Assembly: GCF_021028975.2 (NCBI RefSeq)
Contig: NC_059432.1
Coordinates: forward strand, 63,116,001 to 63,180,000
DNA length: 64,000 nt
Direction of reading: 5' to 3'
Source of the DNA: Sphaerodactylus townsendi
Lineage: Eukaryota
Below the pieces are notes generated by a model. It did not search any database, was not told the origin of the DNA, and saw nothing but the letters and a program-made list of their open reading frames with translations. Below are positions 11,121 to 24,600 of the stretch, piece after piece (within the stretch, counting starts at the first letter, position 1; every line of letters starts with the position of its first letter). A program made the position numbers and the translations under genes.

Positions 11121-12189
11121 TACCTGTTAGAAGGGATACATATTTCTGATTAGTGTGGGACAGATCCAAATATTTGCAAGTCTTGATATTTTCACAGAGA
11201 GAGAGAGAGCACTTTCCTGTCTGATCCAATAGCCATTGATGGAACTCAAAATGGGTTTTGTGCCCAATATTGTGTGATATTAATAATGTCATGCAGAAGA
11301 CATAATGTCTTCTGCATGTCATCTGAAGACTATTAGAAACTACCATTTTGTCATAATGCCCATAAACAGCTTCCTCTTCCCTGCCCCTTGTGTAATTTGC
11401 TTTGTTTCACTTGCAGCCTGGAAGATTTGAAAGCTTGCTTATGTCATTGAGGAATTTTAGTGAGTCCTAACAAAATGTACGATGATTCTGTTGCTTTTGG
11501 AAATGCTCTCATGGGCAGTACGGTTATCTGTAATTTTGAGTGACACTTCCTATGCAATTTGTTTGAAACTTAAAATAACTTGTTAGACATTGCAGTCTCC
11601 TGGACAGAGACATCTGCATAATGCAAAAAAAAAAAGTGGGTGGGTGGGTGGGTGGGTGGGAGGGAGGGAGGGAGGGAGAAGATATATTTTTCCCACAGAA
11701 ATGTCTCTTTTAGATATCCTGGCCATAGTTTATGAGGACCAGAATGGGAACCCATGTTTCACAGAGGAAGAATCTTGCCTGCTTCAGATACCTCATTTTA
11801 TCATGCTGGTCTTTCAAGTATAAATGTGATCATAATTTCCTCCTGACTCTGGAATATAAAACAAAAAATACTAGACTAGCCCTATCATTACCAACTGCGT
11901 GCAATCTCATTATGTGATTCTATAGCCCGAGTTTAAGTACTTGCCTCCTATGACATTAGATGATCTTTTAGATTACAGATGGATATACTCCTAGGCAGAA
12001 GAAAATAATGCACTGGCTGTATCTGTACCTTGGCTCCCTGTGTGAATTGCAAATTTCTTTCCAGCATCAAAACAAATTGTAGCCTCAGGATTCTTCCAGA
12101 ATCAATTACTTTGTTTTTTTTCCCATTGACTCCCCAATATAGTTCTGTATGGCTTCCAGTTATTAAGGACCTAAAAGGTTTCTTATGTA

Positions 12190-12488
12190 GAAGAAGAAGA
12201 GTTTGGATTTATATCCCCCCTTTTTCTCCTGTAGGAGACTCAAAGGGGCTTACAATCTCCTTGCCCTTCCCCCCTTTACAACAAACACCCTGTGAGGTAG
12301 GTGGGGCTGAGGGAGCTCCAAAAAGCTGTGACTAGCCCAAGGTCACCCAGCTGGCATGTGTTGGAGTATACAGGTTAATCTGAATTCCCCAGATAAGCCT
12401 CCACAGTTCAAGTGGCAGAGTGGGGAATCAAACCCGGTTCCCCAGATTAGAGTGTACCTGCTCTTAACCACTATTCCACTGCTGCTCC
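12190..12488 (-). mobile_element. tRNA-derived SINE (Squam3-like)
   Basis: Same family as 10823; flanked by a short TGTAGA repeat. Confidence 0.9.
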
Positions 12489-13049
12489 TGTAGATGTAGA
12501 TATTATGAAAGCAGGATCAGGAACTGGATGTAGGATTTTAACACCTCACCAGCTCCTGAGAGGTAAGTAACTGCTAAAGATATTTGCCTAACTGAAGGTG
12601 GCTCATCACTCCTATCAGTGACTATTGACAACTTCCAATAGTATTGAATTTCAAATGTGTGAGAGATGGTATAATGTTGCTTTTACATATGTTTAAGTAT
12701 ACATGGGATTAGATTATTTTAAAATATTTTTAACATACTTTTATAAAATGTTAGAGGAAGGTCTGTGAAACAACCTGGCTTCAGAAATTGGAGAAGGGAG
12801 CATGGTGACCTTGGCAGCAAATTGAAGTACTTTTTATCTATCTTAAAGTTTGTTGGCTAATTGGGATGCAGGATAAAGCACACCTGCTCTGAGATCAAAT
12901 CTCCTCCTTTGAAGTCTGTTAGTACTAATTGAGAGAAAAAGGAAGTGTGATGATGACGTTTGTATTTCTTATGCTAGTTCAGTACATCTGCCCTAATGAG
13001 CTGGCAGGAAAAAGGGCTCAAGAGTTCAGTAGGGGATAGTTCATAATAT

Positions 13050-13957
13050 GTTTCTATGTTTAAATGCTTTTATATTGTAGCTAAATAATGAAACTTAAAA
13101 AATATGTTAATCACTCATGTTTAATGTATGTATCCTAATGCTTCATGTGTAATGAATCCTGCTATAAATGTTATTCTCTCAGCTTGAAGTGTAAAATAGC
13201 TAAAACAGCTTGCTTCTCTAGACCCTAATCAGTAGGTGCTATTAAGCAGAAACTCCATTCAGAAGCTTCTTAAGGCCTCTAGCTCTTTTTCTAAGATGCT
13301 TCTGAAGCCTGGTTTCAATAGTCACATACAGTAATGGAATGCAGATCAGGAAAACTTGGGTTCATGTGCCAAACAGACACCTGCTGATAAGAGGGCTCCT
13401 AACAAGCTTGGGATGGTGTCTTCAAAGCAGGGGGGGTAGGTCAGAAAAACCTAGGTTCTTGTGCCAAGAGGCATCCACTTATAGGAGGCTAAGATAGAAG
13501 GCCTTTGGATAAACCTGAGGAGCTTGTTAAGAGGTGTTTGAAATATGATGGTGTCTTCACAGTAAGATAAGGGAACCAAAGATGTGGCAGGTGCATGAAC
13601 TAAATCATGAAGACATCAATGAAGGGTTGACAACTAAGAACCACCAAATACTGATTACAGGAAATGACCATATAAATATGTATTAATTGATGGAGATACC
13701 ACCTGGTATATGACATAGTATGCCTAGATGAATTGTAATAGGCTGGGCCCTCTCATCTCATAGCCAATGGAGAGGTGAGGGAGGGATTGGGTGGTCCCGA
13801 AAAAGTAATATAAACTGCTGTAGAACAAAGGAACTGGGTGTCCACCGCTGGGTGAGCACCCGGGCTTGCAAGACCGTAAACCAATAAGAGCTTTGTTATC
13901 TGCTTCACCAACTTTGTCCAGATTATTTTGAGGGTCCTTGGACCCACGTTTCTAACA
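13050..13957 (+). mobile_element. Probable ERV solo LTR (5' boundary uncertain)
   Basis: CCAAT, then a TATA-like AATATAAA, then a polyA-like signal, ending ...TTTCTAACA at 13957. No clean TSD found. Confidence 0.45.
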
Positions 13958-14740
13958 AAATGCATTCCTTAACATTTTCTATTATATTAAACTTAAAATA
14001 TAATATATATTATATTAAGCTGGGCTGTGCTGTAGCAGAAACCACTTTTATACCTTCTCCTCTGATGCTTATTTTCTAATTTCAGTTAAAAGAATCTCCC
14101 ACTTTATCTCTGTCTCTTGCTGGCACTTATTCTGTCTGGCAAATAAAATGGGGAAGGGAGAAGGACCTTTTGCAGTTGAAGCAAACAGGCCTCATGGGGG
14201 AGCCGCCCTCAATAATTCACAAAGCTTCAGCATACTGAGTGAGCAAGCTCTGGTGGGTTTTAATAAATGCAGCTATAATGTGACATCCAATTTATTATTA
14301 AACTTTTAAAAGGAGAGGAAACGGCAGAGTTTAATAAAAACGTTCAAATGCCTGATATTAGTCATGGCAAATGGATGAAGGCTGCAGATTTGGCTGAGGG
14401 TTTTAATGAATAATATCTAAGTTGGTCTCTTGATACATACAGGCGAAAGGAGAATATACGGGCAAGACTGGGGGTGGTGGTGGGGGGGAACCTTAGCTAC
14501 TATCTTCCCCATGTTCTGCTAAGCCAAATGTTTGAAATGGTATGTGCTGCTGGCTCCAGTCACAGATTGGGATATTCACTTGATTTCTAACCCACCCACC
14601 CCTTCCCTATATGGGCTCAGGGCTGGGTACAACATTAGTCAAACAATAATAGACCAATCATAAAACACTCTTATCTATATCCAGAACTAATTAAGTTCAA
14701 ATAAGGGATAACAATTAAAATCTATCTATATCCCTTAAAA

Positions 14741-15253
14741 CAGTGAAGCCAACCTTTTTGAGACTGAGTGCCCAAATTGCAACCCAAAACCCACTTATTT
14801 ATCGCAAAGTGCCAACACAGCAATTTAACCTGAATACTGAGGTTTTTGTTTAGAAAAAACGGTTGGCTCCGAGGTGTGTGTTGGGAGTAAGCTTGGTGGT
14901 AGTCGGTGACTTTGCTTTGAAGCAACCATGCAACTCTTCCAACAGGTGAATCACGACCTTAAGAGGGCTTACTCAGAAGCAAGTCCCATTGCCAGCAACC
15001 GAGCTTACTCCCAGGTAAAGGATTGCACTTTAGTTCTTCGCATGAAAATCAGTGGGGTTTAACAGTGCTTAACAGGGTTACCTACACTGCCTCCCCAAAA
15101 CTAGGTCTTAGGTTTAATGCTAATAATTGAGCCCGGCGGCCCAGGCCAGCCTAGATGTGTGTGTGTGGGGGGGGGGCACTCTGTTTGCGCGTGCCCACAG
15201 AGAGGGCTCTGAGTGCCACCTCTGGCACCCGTGCCATAGGTTCACCACCACTG
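14741..15253. mobile_element. Non-autonomous hAT (Charlie/Buster-type) element
   Basis: Ends CAGTG..AACCT / AGGTTCACCACCACTG. Perfect TSD CCTTAAAA at 14733-14740 and 15254-15261. Confidence 0.92.
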
Positions 15254-18249
15254 CCTTAAAATCATCATACAGATATTAAAAGAAAGAACAGAAGGGAGAA
15301 GGAAGGTCAGCTAGAATGGATATTGTTGCTGTCCACAATCTTAAGCCTGGCTGAAGAACTCCATCTTAAAGGCCTTGCAGAATTGGAGTAAGGCTCACAG
15401 TCCCTGGGTCTCACTTGACAGAGTGTTCCACCAGGCTCAGGCCAAAGCCAAGGAAGTAGAGTAGCTATAACCTTCCAGACTTAAACTCTGGTACGACCAT
15501 GCCTCAATAAACGCAACAGCACTGCACATAGTAGCCAAATGTTGATAGGATCTTACACCCAGACTGAAAAGGTAACAGTTTGACTCAACACTTACCCACA
15601 ATCTGCCTAGCACAACACTTACCCACATATGCTAAGTTTCAGTAACACTGTTCGTAAGGGTCTTCATGCTTCTGACACCCAAGCTCAAAGCAATGTTTTA
15701 TGGCCCAGGTACCCATCACATGCAATTCTGTATAACTTTCTTCTGGTCTTTTTTGTTGTTGTTGAAAACTAGCTGCAGTTTGGGATGGTGTGTGGAACTG
15801 TGGCCTGATCCCTACCCATGAAGCTGTTCTTCCTTTCAGAATCACCTCCCCCAAGATCCTCCTCCAAAAGATGCAGGGATGTGCATCTTCCCTTTGTATG
15901 TGGTGGTGGTTGATGGAAGACAGTTTTGAGCGGAAAAGGGCAAAATATGCCAGCTGCCTACTTCCTTTACTATTACTTGCAACCATCTGCATCTGTGTTT
16001 TCCTTTTTCTAAGAAATGTGTGTGGGAGGAACAGGTACATGGACTAACTCTTTTTCATATGCAACAGTGTCACTGCTTTGGACCTGAGGAAGGAATACAG
16101 ATAATACAATGTTATCTAGTTCTAAAGCCCTCTGTGTCTTTTGACCCCAAGGCGCTACTTTGAGCTAGTTGTTAGAATACTGAAAGATCTCGAGCATAGT
16201 TTTGTTGTGGAACATATTGATAAAAGCACAGGTTAGCTGGGTAATGATTGCTTTCTCTCTATAAATTAAAGCTCTTTGTCTTTCTTTAGTTGCAAAGACT
16301 TGATAAGTCCTGATATTTAAACAAAGAATTGCCAACATTCTCCATAGATCTTTATAAAGTTAAACAAACAGCTTTGGGGATGTACCTGTAAAGCCCAAGT
16401 AATTTTAAGCAATTAAATTTTCTATAATTCTCCATCAGATTTTTCAGGATCAATTAACAATTACAATGCCATGCATAATTAGGTACACCAACATTTATTT
16501 TGTGGTCAGATGTGCAGATGCTTTGTAGTAATCACAGGACACGGCTTGGATTAAATTGGGCCACAGCCCTTTATTATTATTACACAGAAGCTGGGCGAGC
16601 AAGAGGAGCACATCGTTAGGAGCCAGTCAGCCCCCATGGCTGCCCCCGGCAACAAGCCCAATTCTTATTGGGGAGGACAGAGAGGTACTGGGCCAGAGGG
16701 TGTTTGCCCGTCCTTGTGGCGCCCAAACTGCTAGGGTGTCGAGCTCGCCTGCAGAGGCCTCCGCCGCATGCACCTTGAGCCCGCCCCTCCCCAAGCCTCT
16801 TATGCAGGCTCCCATATGTGTGTGTGGGGGGTCCGGCACGCAAGCTTGCCCCCCCACAAGGATGCACTCCTCTGCCCAAACCGCCCAGGGCTGCGACAAT
16901 AAAAGAAGCAAAACCCCAACCCTTACTTCAGGGCGGGTGGGTCAGTTTGCTTCCAGGCGCTGAAAAGGCCGGAGAAATTGCGTGCTGCCTAATATGTAGG
17001 GAGCATGCTCCATCCTCAAGCCGATGTGCGTGTTGCACGATTTATGTAGAATTGGGTCTGTAGGAGTGTAGCTGCGTAGGACACAGAACTTTTTTCCTTT
17101 AAGTACTGAAGGGACAGGAAACCTCAGGATGCATGTTCCTCCTAGCAAGATTTGGATGACATATGCTAAACCACATCTACCAGGTTGGAGAGTAGATGGC
17201 ACCCCCATTTTCAAAGCTACATGGTTGTTTTCAATGTATGTGTGCATCCTCTAGAGTCTTCATGTGGCTATACTTTGCTGTTGTGCATATCAAGAACTAT
17301 TAAACTGGGCAGTCCAAATGCCCTATCTTAATGAGGGCTTTAGAGCTAGATAAGATTATATTAACTGCTTTCTTTCTTCTTGTCTGAAGTGGTGACACTG
17401 TTGCATGTGAAAAGGTTTTAATTATTCTTTCAGTGATGATAGATGAAGAAGTATTCATGCTTGAGTATATACTTCTAAAAGAGAATAATGTCCTATAAGG
17501 CCAATAAGAATGTTACAATTAAATGAGCAACTGTCATTCATTTGCTTGTCTGAATACAACACTTTGCAAGATATATGTCTGTGATAATTCTGGAATGAAT
17601 TAGGTCTGTCACTTATCTCCACTACCTGTAGACACATCTGTTTGTGGAAAACTCTGGCATTAATGTAGCCCAAGAAATAACTGAATGAAGTAAGAACCAT
17701 GGATTAGTGTTGGATACCAGTGAAGAAAACAGAACATACATGAGGTATACTTCCAGGATGCAACCATAACCTTGAAGTGATTTTCTGTCTGTGAAGAAGA
17801 ATCTCTCCTACTAACTCAACACATATTGGAAGGGTTGATTTGCGAAGGTTCTACTGAATCCTCTTTAAAAAGGAGTGATAGTGGTGGACATCAGCAGCTT
17901 ATAGCTACTATCCATATTGGTCACTGAGAAGGTTAACAATTCATCCTGACTGAGACTATTTTTGCCAAAACAGAAGCAGGAGCGTTCACTTCCTAACAGT
18001 AAAGCTTAGCTTTATTACTTATTGCCTTGGACAAATCACAGCTGTACCATCTTTGTATCATGTAAAGGATTGTTTTAAGATAAATACACAAATAAATAAA
18101 TATCAGCTACTGGGTTCAGTCCCCCTCAATTTTATTTTATTTAAAGAATGTCTGACCTGTTTCTACCAAAGAAATCAATGTGGATATAAAGCACACAGCA
18201 AAGTTAAAACCAACAAGTCAGTCTAAAACACACCATCAATGATCACCTT

Positions 18250-19340
18250 GTGAAATCAGCTGAAACAATTTACTGAATTAAAATAGCTCTCTTAAATAAT
18301 TCTATCTTATACCAGCATTGGAATACTAATAATGTAGGAGCTTTCTTACCATCTCCAGAAAAGCCATGTCACAGAATGCCACAACTGAAAAAGCTCTCGA
18401 TCATGTGGACAATGGCTCAACTTGCCTGCAGATTGAGATTTGAAACAAGCCCAGATTGAAGCAATGCAGGCAGTCTCAGAAAAGGAATATTCAAGGAGAT
18501 GTAGTCTTGCAGATATGAGTGTCCCAGACCGTGAAAACCTTTATGCTTTGAACTGAATCTAGAAACAAAAAGGTAACCAGTGTGAGGCTTTTAAAACTGG
18601 TATATTATACCTGTTCCTATTGCATGAAGTGTGTTTTCTCTCAGGCCCTTTCCACACAGCACAGGGTGAACAGATTGCAGGTGGGATTAAAGAACCCGCA
18701 CTCCCTCTTGCACCGATCGCATGCCTGACCGGAGCCCGCAGAGGCAATGTGGGCTGCCATCATGCCTTTGCACAGAAGTGTGACTTTTTAAAGGGACTCA
18801 CCTCCGTAGCCACAAGGGAGATCAGGCATGGTCCCCACAGTCATGCTGACATCTCGCACTGCTGTGATACATCCCTGCAACCCCATGTGGCTACGCAGTC
18901 ATGAGGCGGAGGCATTTGAAAACCAGGAAGCGCAGGCAAGTACAGCACTTCCTGGGGCAGCCATTCGCACATGAGTAACTGCAAAATGCACTTAATCAAA
19001 AGAATCACGAATTGCATGATTCTCAAATAACCCGCTCCAGCAGGTAAAACATGGGACAGCCTCAAGTTAGGGGCAGGAACCATGTAAAGCTCCTGCCCAT
19101 AATGATTTTAATCCTGTTGTTATCGCAGGGTAATTGGCCCATGGGGAAAGGGCCCAAATGAAGGTTCCAGGTTACCTTCCAGTTTACCTTCAGTTGCACA
19201 TAAAAATAATTTAGCCTTGAGATTATTGTGGCATAGATCTGAATGATCAGGTCAGTTGAATTAAAATAGGGGGCCAATTTCCACATCAAATAAAGTTAAT
19301 AAAGTACTCTCTTGGTCACCTCATTAATCTGCTATTCTTC
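18250..19340 (-). mobile_element. Old L2 LINE fragment interrupted by a MITE
   Basis: The minus ORF near 19160-19289 (KLAPYFNSTDLIIQIYATIISRLNY) aligns with the L2 motif LAPYLSRPDLATVIHATVTSRLDY. Confidence 0.65.
18644..19154. mobile_element. MITE with GGCCCTTTCC termini (possibly PIF/Harbinger-like)
   Basis: GGCCCTTTCC / GGAAAGGGCC inverted termini interrupt the L2 fragment. TSD not resolved. Confidence 0.55.
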
Positions 19341-19418
19341 CCTGTGAGCCAGTGAAAGCCTTCTAGAAAAGAAGTGTCTTTGCCAACTTCTGGAAGACCT
19401 ACAAGAAGGGCTCTCTAA

Positions 19419-19655
19419 TAGGGTGCCAGGTGCCTCTGGCCACCAATGTGGGTGGGGGAGGTAGGGTTGCCAGATCTAGGTTGGGAAACTCCTGGAGATT
19501 TGGGGATGGAGTGTGGGGAGGACAGGGATCCCAGAGAGGAAGATGCCATAGATTCCACTCTCCAAAGCAGCCATTGTCCTCAGCAGAATGGATCTGTAGA
19601 GTCTAAAGATAAGCTGGAATTTCAAGGATCTCCAGGTAGAACCTGGACATCCCTA
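19419..19655. mobile_element. hAT MITE (TAGGG(T)TGCC type)
   Basis: TAGGGTGCCAGG...CCTGGACATCCCTA. TSD CTCTCTAA / CTTTCTAA (7/8). Confidence 0.8.
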
Positions 19656-20671
19656 CTTTCTAATACAGATAATTCTAGATCCTGGGGAAAGTCTTCTACC
19701 CATCCACCTTGCCTCACACATGGGATATTCTTGGAGAAGGACAGTGCCAGCTGAGCTCAAATTGCAGGTGAGTTCATAAGGGCAAAGGTAGTCCCTGACA
19801 CACTAGTTCTTTACGATTTGAATTTGAAGCCCAGACAGTTTCATCAAGAGGCATCCTCCACTGGCCTTGGAGATTGCAATAAGAAATGGCAATGAAGCTA
19901 TTCTAGCACTTTACAGATGAAAACCGGTTTGAACAAAACATGTGTCAGGGTAAAAGTGAAAAGGACTTTCACTTCATTGTTTCGTCATTGCCTCAGATGA
20001 TACGCAGTAAATTAACAAATGAAAAACTTACTTAACAAGAATGTTTCCCTTTTAAGATTTGTGTTACCTGCTGGCTTTTCCTTTTTAGAAGACATGTTGT
20101 TGTGGAGTGGAGCTGATTTCTGTGTTTCCTGGAGCTGAGGATGAGACAAGGGGCAATAGATTATTAGCCAGCAAAAAGAAAAAGCCTACAATTGCATATG
20201 ATTGAGCCAAGGAATTGGCTAAGAGCGTACCCATTCATAAAAACAGCAGTAGCTCTGGCTTCTGTCACTTTTGACACTCAGCTCCAGGTTATCTCCTTGA
20301 GTAATGTGACTGCTTTGTGGAGAAAGGGCTTATCAGAAATCCGCTTAGCTGCTTGTTGTCTTTCCTCACATTCATTTCCACCCCAGCCACTGCTATCGCT
20401 TACTGTCCTGGTCTGCAGTTACTATTGCCTAGACACCGTTAAGGTTAGGCACTTCTTTTGCTCCTACTTTGAACTGCACAGAAAATCACAGCACAGTTCA
20501 AAGCTGGTGAGATACTTAACAGGGCAATCCTAAGCAGAGTTCCCATCTAAGTCCGTTGACTTTGATGGGCTTAGGAAGGTGTGAGGTTGCTTAGCCTTGC
20601 ACTGCACTATGCCATATAAGGTTGAGTTAACAGACTGATGTTGAATCAGATTGAAACCTCTCTTAAGTTCT

Positions 20672-20738
20672 TGAGCCCCTCGGGGATAGGGCGGTATAAA
20701 AATCTAATAAATAAGTAAATAAAAATAAATAAATATAA
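20672..20738 (+). mobile_element. Extreme 3' end of L2 (stem-loop and TAAA tail)
   Basis: GAGCCCCTCGGGGATAGGGCGGTATAAA followed by (TAAA)n; matches the 3' end of the 37-kb L2. Confidence 0.8.
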
Positions 20739-21255
20739 ATGGACAAAATCAAGAAGAACAAGAATGGCTATTCCTTTAAATAACAGTATTGACAAAAAAT
20801 AGAACTCCAACCAGTATATTGAATGGGAAGCAAGGAACTGTTTGTAGAATAATCTGTTTGGTTATAGAATCGATACCTCTACATTTCAGTAAATATCCCT
20901 CAACAGCAATAAAGAATACAACCAGTAAAAATCAATAATAAAACTACACTAAGGGTAGCAGTAACAAAGCAAATATAATAAAGAACAGCAATAGAAACCA
21001 ATGAAAATCCTAAATGCCCTTTGAAAGCAGGACAGATCAGGACAAGGCAAACCTGGCACCTAAAAGTTAACAAAGACCATGTCAGATTCTCAATATACCT
21101 AGATAGAAACTGTCAAAGCTTGGGTGCTGCTACTGCAGATAAATACCCTCTCTCCAATAATTACCACATAGCCTCAGAAGGATGGTGCATGGAGAAGGTG
21201 ACTATTTAGATATTTCAACTATATTTGGATTTCTCAGCGTCAAAAATGGAGGAGG

Positions 21256-21666
21256 TGTTATATTTTTAACTTGTTAAGCCTCTTCTTGTCATCTGTATTT
21301 TTGGAATTATAACTTCCTGAGTTTAAAAATGTGCAAATAATAACAATAGACAGCTAAAGAATCCGTGCTGAGCTGTAGCACAATAACAAGAGCAACATCC
21401 TGGCTACTGGCTCAGGCTTTATTTCGATATAATAATTCATTTATTCATTGCCGAGCTATAGCTACAAGTAAGTAAATTTGAGTAAGCTACATAGAAAAAG
21501 GGAAACTTCCTTAGCACCTCATTCATCAGAAACCCAAGTATATCTAGTAAAATGCTACCATCCAGTCTTGGGTCCCCCTTACCACTTCCCTAGCTTCTCC
21601 CTCCCTTTGTGCCTATTGTGAAGATTGCGGGGACGACACAAAGAACAGGCATTTCCTCTTGTTAAC
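21256..21666 (-). mobile_element. Possible solo LTR
   Basis: TGTTA...TAACA termini, internal TTTATT (minus-strand polyA signal), imperfect 4-bp flanks GAGG / GATG. Confidence 0.35.
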
Positions 21667-24600
21667 AGATGATGGGGAACAGAGCCAGCATTCAACAGAA
21701 ACTGGTTGTGATCATATGCAGTGATGAAGATAACTTTTGGGCAGTTCAGGCAACTAAGAACACTGTCATTAATTCAAAAAGGAACAGGTGAAGGCTTTAG
21801 GAAACACTTCCTTTTATTTGCTATATAAGAGATAATGCAGTGGCTACTTCGGAGCCTTAGTACACTTGGCAGAGAGGGTATTGCTCCACTGCACCAAAAC
21901 ACACTAAACTCGAGTGTGCTCATATCAGGAAGCACCAAAACAATCAGAGGACACTCATTCAGAAATGGGCCTTTAGCATATGGTGTTTTTCTAGTAGTCT
22001 GCACTAATTATGCTCTGATCTATGTGGTAGCTTTATAGTATATCTATATGTGATAGATGCCTTATAGATGCTTTATAGAATGTTTGAGCAGAAGGTTTCA
22101 GACGCTCCAGGGGTACAGTCACTTTCCTAAGAAACAGTCCAATAACCAGATTGTTTTCTAAATCTCAATAGAGTCCCACTCCTTTGACATCTGATATAAT
22201 CAGAGCATGGATCACTGTGGTCAGGTCAAATATCTGAGGGCTAGTTGTAGCTGGCAAGGGATCCAAGGGGGAGACAGCCAGTGCAAACGCCTGGGTCAGT
22301 TAGGTGTGATTAGCTTCCCTCTTTTAAGAGGTAGGGCTTTTAAACAAGCCAGTTTGTCAAGTGCATTGGGCGGGGGGCTGCAAGTGATGTTCTCTTCATT
22401 GTCCCAGATCCAAATTATCACAAGAGGCAATGTAGTCAGGGTCTCTTCTAACTATGGTTTAAAAATAATTAAAACATGACTGCAGCACAGACACTTCTGC
22501 GCAAGGAGCATATGCGTCTCCTCACCAAATCCCTGTGCCTAAAATGTAATGAAACAAGTCCTCACACTGAGACCTCAGGGAATAGAAATTAGACAGGTCT
22601 GAACACTGTGATCGCAAAGGTTCATGCTGGAAGCGGAGTCCTGTGGGAACTGGCAAGAGGCAGAGAAAGCCTTCAAGGCAAAAACGTTGTCCTCCCATAA
22701 TGGTTCAATGTACGTCCCCTGTGACCTACTCCATGGGCTTGCAAACAGTTCTTAGACTCTTGTTTAATTAAACTTGGAAGGGCTTTGCACAAAGCAGCAG
22801 CATATGTGACTTTCCCAAAGAGGGAATTTATTAAAATTGTTTTTCAGACTGGCCGAGTTTGAAGTGTAAGTGTGGTGGTTCCAGGGCAAGGGAGGAAAGG
22901 ACAAGAATGAGTGAAAATCCGTAGCACAGACTCCAGCAGATGACCAAGAGGACCTAGCAATCATTGTTGTGGGTTAGAAGGACACCCTCACCCCATCCCT
23001 TCAATGAGCACCACTTGGTCTAAAAGTCTTATTTCTTAATAATGGTGAAGTCTACAAGGTCATAGCAAGGCAGCTAAGATAATGAGTGGTGGTCTGTAGG
23101 AGGTTAAATCTCATCTCAGTCACAAAATCGGTAGGGTTTGCATTCTTATGGAGACTTAAATGAGAGTAAGGTTCACTGAGCATAATAGGTAAATGTGCAT
23201 AGGTCTGCCTTCTAGGTAGCTGATGGCTTCAGCCACCATCATCTGCATTATAGAGATAATACTGGCCTGTTGCCCAGGACTGTAGGGAAGATTGCAAGAT
23301 AATGTTGGTGAAGCGCTTTGAACACTCCGTATTGAGCACTAAAATGGCACTGATGCAATTAGGGCTTCTTTACTATCAGAAACATTCAGAGGAGCCTAGG
23401 TCTGGTAATTAGACCCTGTTTTCCAGAGCAGGGGAAAATTGTGCTTTTTTGGGGGGGGAGGGGAGAAAAACTAAATAAACAACAGTGCTAAGTGGAAGGA
23501 CTGGGCCTCGAGGAAGCTGGGACTGCAAACATTGTGGCAGTCCAGCCAAATATCACTGGCATTTGGTGAAGCAGGTCCAGGTCTTCCAGTCACAGAGCCA
23601 GGAGTGGTAACCAGATTGTCATGTGCTTTTAGGTACAGTTCGGGGGTATACATGCACCACACCTGCAAAAAACTGCTATGGAATCTGCTGGTTTAAGTTT
23701 ATTAAAATGGTGGCCACAAGAGTTGGCAATGGCTATTGATGTGGTAATCTTGGAAAACTAAGCAGTGCTATATCCATTGTGGAGAAGGCAAAGATGTTTT
23801 AGTTGCACAGAGTTAAATTGTTGACATGTTGCACCATAATAATCCTTGCACTTGTACTCAATAAAGCTTTTCCTCTAAGAATATTTCTGAAGTGTTTAAA
23901 GGTGCAGGGAAAATTCCTGACCTGTAGGTATATCACTGTGTATAAGACAATAACATATTCACAAGTTCATAAGTTCAATAGGCGTGAGAAATATAAGTCC
24001 CCTTAGGGAACACTCACTGAAGCTTCCCAACTGTTAATCCACTACTCTGCATTAATTCCAGAACCAGAAGAGTTAATGCTTCTATAGAGCAGCCCCCACA
24101 CTCTGGTGCTGCAGCTACTCTCCAATGATATAGCCGGGTCTGGAGTTCATGGGAGCTGTACCTGTGCTTTGTCTTCATCCGTCACCTCTACTGACAGTCA
24201 GATCCATCTTAAATTGGGAGAGAGCAAGGGTGGAGGGAAGCAATAATTAGCCTCTGTGCAGTTTGCTCTCCTGAAATACCATAGCCCAGTGATTCACAAG
24301 GAGACAGCCCTGACACTTTTATTGCTGTCCCTATTCATCCTGTGTGTAAGAGGAGATTCTTTAAAACTGCACTGCCTGAGATGGACTGAGAAAGGAGTTG
24401 AATTTGTTAGAAGAAATGAAGCCACAAACTCCATGACTAGAAAAAAATGGCAATAGTAAAGCCTGTGTTCTGTTATGATTATGAAAACTGTTGCAGCTCT
24501 GAAGCCAAGTATCTATTCAGTTTGTGTAAAGTATTTCACTTGCATAAACATTCCAAGCAGGTGTCTGATGTTGGGAATGGGCTACATGAAAGCCACAACA

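Noticed and set aside
16540-16935. GC-rich insert resembling a DNA transposon
   Set aside because: I could not define matching TIRs or a TSD, so it is not called.
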